Positions 22,768-40,791 of a DNA stretch of 42,251 bases are shown in pieces. The position numbers and the translations under genes were made by a program. The notes below the pieces were generated by a model. The model did not search any database, was not told the DNA's origin, and saw nothing but the letters and a program-made list of their open reading frames with translations. Positions within the stretch are counted from its first letter, which is position 1; each line of letters begins with the position of its first letter. Where the stretch lies: the NCBI GenBank assembly GCA_963693365.1, contig CAVNZM010000009.1:10704969-10747219 (forward strand), given 5' to 3'. The DNA comes from Amoebidium appalachense. Lineage: Eukaryota; Protista; Ichthyosporea.

Positions 22768-24904
22768 ATGTGTATATACATGTGTGCATGCATGCCCCCC
22801 CTCCCCCCCCCCTCCCAAAAAAACAACAATAACAACAACACATACCCTTTTTGAGTGATGTAGGGAGGCCCAGACTCCTCAGCTGGACCTCCATGCTATG
22901 GGGGAACTGGTCCAGGGGGCCCTCAGGCACCAAAAAGTCCACGGTAGCCCTGCTGCCACTGCGTGCATAGTCACTCTCCACGTGCTCGTGGAACCAGTCC
23001 GTCACCTCCTGCTTGCTGCGGTTGGTGAACAGCAGCCCTACGTTGCCTACTAGTTTCTGTAGATGCGGGGTGTGAGATAGGTGGCTGGGCTCGACAAATC
23101 TATGCATATCATTTTGCCCGCCCAACACTGTCTGCGCATATATAGGGGCCCAAACTAGACTATCCCCAGGTGTCTGGGGTGCATTAAACCTACCCAGGCT
23201 ATTCAGGTGTTTCTTGGCGCAAAGACTCTCCGCACATCCCTTCCCTACCTACGGCCTACATCCCACTACTACCTTGCCACCAGTAAACAACCCCTGTGCA
23301 TAACCCCCCCCCCCCCCCGTTTTCCCAAACACACCAAACCTCACAACCATGTTGTCCCCTCCCCGGTACCCACAACTCCCATCCTTGAACCCCAAAACTA
23401 GAACATGCCCGTTCCTCAGCCCCCCCCCCCCCGGTCGGCAGACACAGAGAAGCTAGGGAACTAAACGAGTACCATCCCTTGAGTCCACCCAAACGAGCAT
23501 ATATCACCCTCCATTCCAGACATCCAGCATGCCATTGCTTTCCCCCCAAAAACCTTCCTCATCCTCTCTTACCCCCCCCCACCCCCCCCCCCCCAAACAC
23601 CCTCCCCGGCAGACACAAACACCCTCGACCCCCCCCCTTCCCAAAAGCAACATGACACCACTACCTATGACACCACTTATCTACCCACAGCCTACTCTGC
23701 AACAAACAACAGAACAGTGCCTCCACCCACGCACCTTGCTAATTTTGTGCAGATCCTGCTGCACCTCATCCTCGGCTGTGCGGCCCAAAGCCACGGCCAT
23801 GACCTTATTCTTGCCCATAAAGAACCTAGAAATAGACGCTACGGTCAGTAAGAGCCTATAAATAGTTGAGCCGGCATGAGCTCGTAGGGGGTGGTACACT
23901 GCTTCCGTGCAGGATATGCACAAACCAGGGATGGAAACGAGACAAAGTCAACAACACTATACAGGACATCCTGGCACACCAAGAGCCTGTGTTGTGTGTG
24001 TGTGTGTCCGTGCAGGAGCAGAAGGAAGAGGAGAGTTCATAGCAAGAGTGTGTGTTTGTGTGAGTGGCAAGTGTGTGTATGTGTGTGTGTGCTTGTGCGT
24101 GTGTGTTTATCTGTGCCGCATCATACAGGTTATGGGCCCACTGTGAGTGCCCGTTACCGTCAGGACTGCGGGTTACTGTGGCAGCAGTTTTTAGTTGGGC
24201 ACCACGCTGGTGCACAACCCTTATTAGCTGCAATAAATAGCCTTATATGGACACACACAACTCTTATTAATATTAGCTGCAAAATAGCTATATGTGGATG
24301 CACATCCCTTATTGTAATAAATGGCCATCTATGGACACGGCAGGTTCTGTGGCAACCGTTACCCCCACCCCCGTTTGACAGGTAGTGTTCCTCTGCCCTG
24401 GGGCTGCGCTCACCTGCTGTGTCTCCATTCTGTACGGATATCCTTTAGCTTTGTGTTGCGCATGTTGCGCACGCTGAACACGTAGATGTATGCATACTCG
24501 TCCACACACTTGCGGATCTGGGACAGGGTCGGTCAGAACAACACATATAATTGACCAATTATTTCCTAGCAAGTGTCCGCTAACCTAGGCAATAGCTTTT
24601 CGGGCTCACAAATACTATGCAGGCAGCACAAACGTAAATACTTCCCGCACAAAACCTGCAAGCACTCAGGGGCCTCACAGCCACACGCCTATTCACCATC
24701 CAGTACCACAGCCACAACCTACTTTGCTTAAGTTTGCCTATATCAAATGCCACCTTTTCACAACGCTATCCTCCGCCCTCCTACCAAGCACATCAGACAC
24801 CATCCAGCAGCCCTTACCTCCTCGACCAGGCCCTGTTTGAGCACGTTGCCCTTCTTCTGTGTAGCCGTAAGGGCCACCACCTTGTTGCGTTTGCTCTTGG
24901 GCAT
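21668..24904 (-). CDS. MRT4: Ribosome assembly factor Mrt4 / mRNA turnover protein 4 (uL10 paralogue), 233 aa, 6 exons
   Basis: Exons 24904-24818, 24517-24414, 23825-23735, 23056-22846, 22537-22461, 21799-21668, all GT-AG and in phase. Protein [19 protein letters not shown]...[34 protein letters not shown]...GNVGLLFTN...DYARSG...[21 protein letters not shown]...LKLFG with an acidic tail, which is typical Mrt4. Confidence 0.96.
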
Positions 24905-25430
24905 TCTGCTTCCTGCACCTGCGTGCAGAAACTAAAACAAGGGTGCTTGTGTATGTCTCTAAGTTGGTTTAGTTTGGTTTAGTTTCACTACATACAACAC
25001 GTGCACACGTTCTGAAGGCCGAAGAATGGCAGTTGTACGTGTGCATGTGTACGGTGCATGTGCACTGGCTTACGTAAGTGATGTCGGTGTAGCCAATCAA
25101 AACATTTAGCCAATCAAGATCAATGTGGCTCACAAAACCGGTACAAAACCCGCCAACTGCACGTTTTGTTGGCCTCAAAAAAGCTCGGAAGCCAAAGATA
25201 GTAGGGAGCGTGTCTGCTGTTCTGGTGACTGCAGCTCTTACGTTAAAGTATACGCAGTCAATATCAACGACAACACAGTCCCACTGCTAATGGGCTCATC
25301 CAAATCATTTCCTTCCACTGGTTTCAGACTCGGAACATGCTTTGTCTGTGCTCTAGCGCTGCAGGCTCACACAGAAGTCTTTGAGCCAGTAAGTTCTCTA
25401 AATTAGTGTGACACATATAGGTCGGACGGT
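24905..25430. promoter_or_regulatory. Putative bidirectional promoter (MRT4 / glucokinase-like) with twin CCAAT boxes
   Basis: Divergent ATGs at 24904 and 25431; agccaatcaa at 25091-25100 and 25108-25117; the interval is free of microsatellites. Confidence 0.6.
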
Positions 25431-32142
<6,712 letters not shown>

Positions 32143-32166
<24 letters not shown>

Positions 32167-32313
32167 TGAGTAATTAGTTGATTGGTTGCACACCATAGCA
32201 ACGCACTAATGAGCAATTAGTTGATTGGTTGCATACGCCGATAAGCAATCAATTAAATAATTGTGATTAGGTGGTTGCACACCATAGCTATATATAGCAA
32301 CCCACTAATGAGC
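32143..32313 (+). repeat. 43-bp tandem repeat containing the glucokinase-like stop codon
   Basis: ttgcacaccatagcaacgcactaatgag at 32143 and 32186, with a degenerate copy at 32275. Confidence 0.85.
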
Positions 32314-32907
32314 AGTGAATTACAACCATGCTTCTAGACGATTTGTTGCACACGTGCAAAGTGATCGACGTAATCAAGCGCTTGTATGTAGTCAGCTCAT
32401 AGTTCTTATCATGCATGAATGAATGCAAGTAGTCTCATTTGTTGGAAATTTGTCAACCGTGCATGTGGATTAGACACAATAACATAGATTTGCACTCAGA
32501 ATGTACTTGGGTGGGTGTGTTGCCGTCCCTCCTGCCTGCTTCATTACGCGCGCAAATCTTCACAAAGGCATATGGCCATGCATGTAATGCAAGTGCACAT
32601 TGTTGGCCAGGTTTCCACACGTACCATCATACCCACCCCACCATGTTTTATATCTGCAATGTCATAGGCTGACTTTATTGTTAAAATTCACGAATGGACA
32701 CACGGTGGCAGGCCACCACATTAAATAGCTGCGGGGGGGCCACACACAGTGTACGTGCCCGCCTGGCCGACCGACTACCCCATGACATGGCCAAAGCCTA
32801 TAGGCCCTACGCCACGCCACACCCTGCAAATTGTATACCCTAGAACACACCATCACCCTCCCGAACCATCTCAACCTTTCTAGCACCTAGTCTATGTACA
32901 TGTTCCG

Positions 32908-33066
32908 TTACTCATCATCCTCCTCCTGCTTGCGGCGGTTCAGCTCCTCCTTTGTGAGGCGCTGGGCACGGTAGTTCTCATAGTGCACCTCGTTGGTCAT
33001 GTCCTTGAGATCCTGGGGAGGTGCAAGGGGTGAGAAGACGTGCACGTGCACGGCATGATAACCGCG

Positions 33067-33133
<67 letters not shown>

Positions 33134-34593
33134 CATATGCATACCGAGTATGTGGACGTGTGGCCAAGTGCATTTTGTTGTAAAAATGACATGTCCACAC
33201 GAACATGCAGAATAGGTAGCCTTGCACTCACTCAGAGGCATTACAAGGCAAACTCACAGCAAGCACCAAAGGTCGCGTAGCCACAACACAGAAGCAACCG
33301 TGCAAGTACCCACAAAGTAGTCACAGACTATAGATCAGCCCGCAATCACAACCAACAACAGCATCCCTTGCACCCACTCCACCCCCCTTATGCACCTGCT
33401 GGCATCAATGATTGTGTGCAGCCTTCTGCAGGATACTATCACACACACGAGCCCACCCAGGTAGCCCAAAACCCTAGCCCCCCCCCCCCCCCCCCCCCCA
33501 CCCCCACACAACACACGCACACACGAGCACGTGCACCCACACACGCCCACACAAGCTTCCACACACCCACTCACAAACACAAATACCTACACCCACAGCC
33601 ACACAAAGACACATACCAGAGCTGACACATGGACCTGCGCACACCCATCCACCAACCCACCCACACCCGCACCCAAGCAGAAGCACGCACACATGCACAC
33701 ACAAACACACGAACACATACATACACACGCACATTCACACCCACACGTACCTGCATGTGTGTGCGGACCAGGATGTTTCTGAGGAGGGCAAAGTCGCAGT
33801 GGGCCTCGTTCTCCATCTCCACCACCCCCCACCCGTACTGCCGCCCTCGCACCTGCACCCGCCCACCATCAGCACACATCCAACATTTCGACACGTGCAT
33901 GCACACACTTCACGGCCCAATACGTGCATGCACACACTTCACGGCCCAATACGTGCATGCACATAAACACCTTACGCCCCAATACGTGCATGCACACAAT
34001 CAACCCAAAGCATCACAATATGCCCCCACATCCCCATGCATGCTCCCCGCCTCGACACTTGCAATGCAAAGCCCACAGCAACCATCCACACCATCACCCT
34101 AGTAAGTGCCAGTTGTAGGAAGCAGCCCTCGAGCCCTACTCCTTCTCCCTTCCCTATTCATCCTTCATCACCAACTGTCTCGCCATAATCACATTCCTGC
34201 CCCTTGAAACCCCCCCCCCCCCCCCCCCCCCCCGGCCACACACGCATTGCCACCACCACCACCGACTCCCCTCCTTCCCCCCCCTCCCCCAACCCCTCCA
34301 CACCCACACACACCCACACCCACCTTCTTTCCTCCGACCTCGACCACATCTTCCGAGGCCACAATGGCAAAGGGCAGGGCCTCCTGCAGGGCCTGGGCCT
34401 CCTCGATGCTCTCCTCGTCCTCATCACTGATTGGCTGTGTGTTAGCGTGTGTGGGAGGGGAGACAGTGCACAAGCACAAAGGATAGAGGCATGGATGAAA
34501 GGAGTGGTAAAGGTACATATAAGATGGGTGGGGTGTGTGCATGGCGGTGGACGAGGCGATGCACACCCGCCATGCACGAGGCGATGCACACAC

Positions 34594-34679
<86 letters not shown>

Positions 34680-34808
34680 CAAGGAAGCACGCACGTGCTC
34701 ACGCAAGCACACGAACACACGTGTAGTGTGTGTGTATGCCCGAGCAAGCAAGCAAGCACACATGCAGGCACGAACAACACATGCACGTGTTGCGTGTGTG
34801 CGTGGTGT

Positions 34809-34881
<73 letters not shown>

Positions 34882-34933
34882 ACGCGCGCGCGCGCAAGCA
34901 GGCAGGCACGCAGACGCACACGCAGGCGTAGTG

Positions 34934-34966
<33 letters not shown>

Positions 34967-37900
34967 GTGCGTGTATGCGTGTATGTGTATGTGTGTGCGT
35001 GCGCAAACACTCGTGTGTGGCCAAGATTGAGAAGTTCGATCTGCTAAGTGAAAGAACTCCCGGGGGGAGCCCTCACAGAAAACCCACAAGGCAAAATTAC
35101 ATTGCTTGGCAAGCATCTGTGCACATGTGCACAATGATTGATGTGTGTATGAAGCATGTGCTTATGCATGTGTGTTATAAGGCATGTGCTTGTGTATGTG
35201 CGCGCGAATGACGAGCGTGCTGTACTCGTGCGCTGAAGCATGCAAATGTCTACTTGTATATGATGCACACGCTCGTGCAATTGCGTGTGATACATGCGCG
35301 TGTCTGCACATGAATCATGTGCTTGTGTTTGTGCGTGAAGATAACACACGTGTGTGTGCACATGCATGTGCATGTGTGTACAGCTTGATTGTGTGCATGC
35401 CGCTTGTGTGCCTGTCTGCGTGTGCACATGCAACTTATGTGCATGTCTGTACATGTGCGTGCTACGTGTGCGTGCATGCCTGTGTGTGCATTCCACCCAT
35501 GTGCCTGTGTGTGCATTCCACCCATGTGCCTGTGTGTGCAATACACCCATGTGCCTGTGCGTGCATTCAACGAGCGTGCATGCCCGCATGTTTGCAAGTA
35601 CGTGCGTGCACTCCACACATGTGCCTGTGTGTGCCATCCACGCATGTGCCTGTGTGTGCCATCCACGCATGTGCCTGTGTGTGCCATCCACGCATGTGTC
35701 TGTGTGTGCCATCCACGCATGTGTCTGTGTGTGCCATCCACACATGTGTCTGTGTGTGCCATCCACACATGTGTCTGTGTCACGCATGTGTCTATGTGTG
35801 CCATCCACGCATGTGTCTGTGTGTGCAATTCCACCCCTGTGCCTGCATGCACACAAGCACGTACTCCTCGACGGGGAACTGGTAGATGCTGATCTTGTGG
35901 TCCTTGATGTCCTGCTGGATGCGCCTCTTCAGTGCCGCCTTCTCGTCCACCGTCAGGGTGTCGGCCTTGGCTATCACAGGCACAATGTTGACCTGCTCAC
36001 ACATGCAGTGTCAGTGCTCATGCTCGGCTCCATCACATTAAAAGACCTTATCACCCATGCATGACTGCCCTTACCCCCCACACATAGCTGACCCAATGCT
36101 CCCAACATGCCTCCCCTAGCCCCATATGTGAATCCCAAAGAGGTGTAGCCCCTCCTTGCTGGTAGTTGGTCACAAAAGCAAATGTGTGTGTGTGTCCCTC
36201 CTGGGTGCTCGTAAACGCAACGGCACGTAAAGGCAATGTGTTTGGCCATGACACGTTCCGCCTCCCCACCCCCAACCCCCAACCACCGGTGCCACGAATA
36301 TGCCAGTGTACACAGAGCAAAGGGCATGCATCACTGTCGCGGCCCTAATACGCATCCTCACTCCCTTCCCCAAGAAGTCGTCAAAAACCCATCTCTCTCC
36401 CTCTTCCTTCCCAGCCGCCCCCCCCCCCCCCCCCCCCCCCCCCCTCCCCACACACTCCTTCCCTAATTTTATCCCGTCTCTAAGCTCCTCCCCCTTCCCC
36501 TCCTCCTCCCCTTGCTTTCCCATTTTTTTTCCTTTTTCAAGCCTCCACACTCCTTCTTTCCCCCCCCACCTGCCCAAGTCTCCCCCCCTTTTCTACCAAC
36601 AACACCCCCCCCCCCCCCCCCCCCTTCCCCCCTTGCCTTCTTGTCGAGGGCCTTGAGTGCCTGCACGTCGACTGGTCTGAGGCCGTAGCTGCTGGGGTTG
36701 ATGAAGTACACGAGGGCATGCACACGCGTGTCTTTGCGTGTCTTGCGGTTGACGCTGGTTTCCTGCACACACCCGTAAGTGTGTGCATAGACATGCAGGA
36801 GCAAGAATAGAACTTCGACCCGTGATTCCCCTCAACTGTTCACAGAAGCAGAACACTATCCACATGACACCCTAACACCCAGACACTATGCACATGCCCC
36901 CCTCCCCCCCCCCCCCCCCCCCTCCAAACACACACACACACACACACACACACCCGCATGCATGCACAACCTTTTACCACCTACACTGTATAGTCTTCGA
37001 ACTAGCAGACCTGCCGGCCATTTAGGCCTAGCACTTCAAACATAACCATAGGACCCGGAGACATACACATGCATAGCATCCACACACCAGCCCACTGCCA
37101 ACCCAAGCAACCACCGTTCCCCCACACCCCTGCACCCGCACCTGGTTAAGGTAGCTCTCAAACTGCTGGTCTATGTACTGCACGGCAGGCACCCAGGCCT
37201 TGTCGTTGTTGATAGCGTCACAGAACCCCGGCACCTCGGCCACGGTCAGGCGCAGCTTGATGCCCTTCTCCTCAATGTCCTCTGCATACACCGTCAGCCA
37301 CACAGGCCCGTATGTCTTGCAGGCAAAGCTGCCCTAATATCAACCCCCCCCCCCCCCCCCCTCTTCCCTACCCCTCTCCCCTCGCCCGCTTCCACTCAAA
37401 CACCCCCCCCTCATACACACCCAGCATCTCCATCACACCCTCACCTCCAAACTAACACTCCTACTGCCTGGCTGCATGACTACCTTTACGTTCAAAAAGT
37501 TGAAGGCACAAGAAAGACACCACAGACCCCACCCATCAGCCAGGAATTGCTCCGCAGCAATACTCGTCCCCAGCTGGCCCAGTCCCACCTCACCTTCCAC
37601 AACCGTATTCGAGACCACCTACACACTTTCAATGGCTTTTTTATAATCAATCCTAAGTCTCAAGCGCTCCATCCCTATTCGGCTGCTTCCTGCTGCTGAA
37701 AATCCCACCGGGCTTTGCGAGAAACCAGTAACTGTGCAACTATTGAGCAGTGTGCGAAAAAAACCCCCGTTGCGCCTCTCTCTCCACTCGACCACAACAC
37801 CGCGGACCGAGGTCGTGCTCGGCCCCTCTCGCAAAAACAACACCCACACCTCTCCTTGCGCAAAATGCGCGCACCCCCAACCCCTATTTTCCTCCCCCCC

Positions 37901-38262
37901 CCCCTCCCCCCCCTCCCCCAGCCCCCACCTGTAATTGCGTTGACCGTTACGTTTGACTCCAGGCGCTCTGCTGGTGGTGGCGGGGTGGTAGCTGTGCCGA
38001 ACTTGCGCAAAAACAGGGCGTTGACGAAGGTGGTCTTACCCAGGCCACTCTCGCCCATGACCATCAGCGTGAAGGAGAAGCCCTTCTTGACGGCCTTGCG
38101 GTGCACCTGCACACACCAAACATCAGATTCCCTCCCTGGTTTAGATCCATCTCAACACACGCACAATTGCCCGGCTCCCCTCGTCCAAATGCAACAAAAA
38201 AAAAAAAAAGGCAGCGTTACCTGGTTGGGCAGATTGGCGAACCCAACCTCTGACTCAGCCAT
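32908..38262 (-). CDS. Septin (SEPT2/SEPT7-like N-terminal signature) with atypical switch I and G3, ~307-311 aa, 8 exons
   Basis: Exons 38262-38221, 38106-37929, 37281-37142, 36762-36637 (GC donor), 35992-35865 (or 35861), 34426 (or 34434)-34324, 33852-33751, 33012-32908. Motifs: [20 protein letters not shown]1 [18 protein letters not shown]4 AKAD, PFAIV, septin-unique element RGRQYGWG...HCDF..LRNIL.RTHMQDLKD.T..VHYENYR. Confidence 0.96.
33890..33996. repeat. 29-bp tandem repeat (cacacacttcacggcccaatacgtgcatg), ~3 copies, septin intron
   Basis: Direct reading. Confidence 0.8.
35475..35826. repeat. 22-bp tandem array (gtgtgtgccatccacgcatgtgcct-like), septin intron
   Basis: More than 10 related units starting ~40 nt inside the exon 5 donor. 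Confidence 0.85.
35993..36636 (-). other. GC-AG intron in septin
   Basis: The conserved septin sequence ...LKALDKK|[11 protein letters not shown] requires the donor AAG|GCAAGG; a poly-G tract follows, with no nearby GT. Confidence 0.85.
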
Positions 38263-39135
38263 TGTGTATGTTCTGCGCTAGGAACTAAAGATTCTAAGTT
38301 TCGGCAAGAAACTGGCGCGGAGAAAAACGAGGAAACTGTTTGGTGCGTCTGCGTCGGCGTTGTCGGTGCGTTGAAAAGGCGCTGGCAACCGGGGCGCAAT
38401 CCAAAATGCGAAACATTGACCGGAAATACCTCTCATATGCGGCATAACGATATCCAGATACTTGGCCTGGGCATTTACGGACATAAGAGATTAGACCTCC
38501 ACCGATTTTGTGTTAGACTAAACTGTGCTGACATCATATCTTTTCTCCTTGTCAGTAGCCACGCCCACAGGAACTGATACACCACTTTAGACTACCGTAG
38601 GCTACGCACTTGAACGCGCGCGCCGGCGCCCCATGCACACACCTGTCACCTACTGAGGGGACTCGTATTTTTCCTTACACACACAGCGAACACTGGACTC
38701 TCGGGACCGTAGAGCCGCCGCGAGAAAAAGCATGCACGCGGTCGCGAGAGTGTAAGGAATGGTCGTGAGGCGAACGGCAAGTTCATAGCAGCCCAGGCAC
38801 CGTCAGTACGTGCCAGTGCACACACAGCTTGAGCACGGGAGTCTAATTAGCCGCAACAGTAAACCTTTGTCTAACTAGCTGCAACAATTAGTAAACCTTT
38901 ATTAGCGTTATGGTCATGGTTTGTTTCTTCGTGACACAAGGCTTTGATCTAAAATAAGACTTTACTTTTATGCGTCAGAGACTCTAGGGGGGTGCGAGCT
39001 CTAAGACTTCGTAATCTAGAGGCTTCTTGTGCCAAAGCGAAGTAGCTGAGAAAAACATAAGTAACAGTTGCGACTTGCCCATACTTCGCCTGCTATCCCA
39101 CGCCTCCAAGAGTAAGCCTAGGACACCTCGGTAGT

Positions 39136-39459
39136 ATGTCGTTCGGCAACCGGTTTCTCCCGCTGGCCATAGCGGCGGCAGTGGGGGTGTATGGCGGCCT
39201 GTACGTGTGGGAACCCACCCTGTCCGCATACCGCAGCGACCAGCAGAGGCTGGCCAGGGAGAGGGCACATGCACAGACCCCTCCACCCGCACAGCCAGAC
39301 ACACAGCCGGCACCAGCCGCCCCACCACACACGCAGCAGACACAGGCATCCAGTTCTCCACCGCAGAAAGCAACCCCAGCCGCCCAGGCACCACCAGCAG
39401 TGCAGGCGACAGGCAGCAGTGGGGGGTGGTGGTCTTGGGCCTGGGGCCGCAACGTGTGA
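39136..39459 (+). CDS. Small single-TM protein, PIGBOS1-like N-terminal domain plus Pro/Ala/Gln-rich tail, 107 aa
   Basis: Intronless ORF MSFGNRFLPLAIAAAVGVYGGLYVWEPTLSAYRSDQQRL..., with GC3-rich codons like the neighbouring genes. The pattern GxxGGxYx[FW]xPxxxxYxxDQ resembles human PIGBOS1 as recalled (not searched). Confidence 0.7.
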   Translation: MSFGNRFLPLAIAAAVGVYGGLYVWEPTLSAYRSDQQRLARERAHAQTPPPAQPDTQPAPAAPPHTQQTQASSSPPQKATPAAQAPPAVQATGSSGGWWSWAWGRNV

Positions 39460-39792
39460 GCGCACGCAGAGTGGAGGTAATGCTCTTTGCACAGCGCTGG
39501 TCTGGGACGGCTCCCTGTGTTTCAGTCCTTTGTGTAGCTGTGGGGAAAGTGTTTATGGACAGGCTGTTTTTTTTTTTTTTTTTTTTTTTTTTTCTTGTTT
39601 TTTTTTAGCTGTAAATTCTTCGACCCTTATGTAGATATTTTCACATGTTTATATAAGCCTCAAGCATAGCAGTACTGTTACACCCTATGACAGCTTACAT
39701 AGACCTTCTGTATAGAGAAAGGTTAGAGCAGCTCTGTGGCAGGAATTAAACGAAATGCACACAGCCAAGGTGTGCTTGTAGTGCACCATGTT

Positions 39793-39832
39793 TTGTGTTC
39801 AGGTCATGCCACATGGCATGACCTGAACACAA
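39793..39832. repeat. Perfect 19-bp inverted repeat with 2-nt spacer
   Basis: ttgtgttcaggtcatgcca-ca-tggcatgacctgaacacaa. Confidence 0.9.
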
Positions 39833-40565
39833 TACACATCCTCCGCGCTCTTTTTATGTACCCCCGTCCCCTATAAAAAACCATTGAAGATGGTATTCAC
39901 AAGTGCACTCCAAATTACTAACATATAGGCATACAAACATACAAACTACCACATATATATAGCTCGTGTACACTATGTGGTGCACTGCCTGACACGCACT
40001 TTGGTTTATCCGTATGTATTTGCTTTGGTTGATGATATACAGGTGCTGGTGAGCTGTATTCTTTAGTTTTTTGTCCCCCCCCCCCCCCCCCCCGCGCCTC
40101 CCCCCTTTTCCATTTTATCCCCCCCCTTCCTCCCCTGCTGTTTATGGTTGTATGTACTTGACAAGGTTTTTCAGTGGGGCAGTGACCCCACGGCCCGGCC
40201 CGGGGCTTCCCCCCCCCCCCCCCCCCCCCCCCCCTCCCCGCGTGGGTGGGGTTTGTGTCACCATGTACATTTTGCGACACTAAGTTTTTTTTTTCCAGTG
40301 GGGAGGATGTGGTGGTGGGAAGAAGGATTCATGTGAAATATGCTTTAGGAACATTCACTGCTGCAGCAGAATGTCTTCAGGCATGAAAGGCTCGTGCTAG
40401 ACAAAGTATTTTTAGCCAATAGATCGATTTTGCATGAAGCCCTGCCAACATGTATATGCATGTCTGCGGCAATGTTTCAATATGGCCAGGAAGTTATGAA
40501 GACTTAACCACGGTACATGTGCGCGCAGTTTTTTTGTGCATGCAGTGTTTTTGTGGTCGTTCCCT

Positions 40566-40791
40566 CTGAGGCTTTCTCTTGGATTCATGTTTTTCTCAGA
40601 AGTTTGAGAAGACTGAGAGTCAGCTGACTCCTGAGTCAGCAGCTTCTTTCATTTCAGCCCCGACCGAGGTTGATCTGATCGAGGATTTCAGATCAGCCTG
40701 GCCCGGCCTGTGAAATTCTCGATCCTATCAACGACCATCGAGGTCTCAGATTTTGCGGGAAAAATTGTCCACTCAGTCGAGAGGACTCAGA
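40566..40791. mobile_element. Degenerate foldback / MITE-like remnant
   Basis: Inner arms gttgatctgatcgaggatttca and tgaaattctcgatcctatcaac are 19/22 complementary; weaker outer arms run tctgag...tttgaga / tctcaga...ctcaga. Confidence 0.4.

Noticed and set aside
25125-25406. ORF containing SGDCSS as the glucokinase first exon
   Set aside because: It lacks the GG of phosphate-1 and would add a ~35-aa insert. The exon at 25431-25523 fits the spacing and hydrophobic pattern better and has a good phase-0 donor. Under either choice the ATP motif is degenerate.
38278-38577. Short ORFs upstream of the septin
   Set aside because: They lie in the likely 5'UTR/promoter region and show no coding features.
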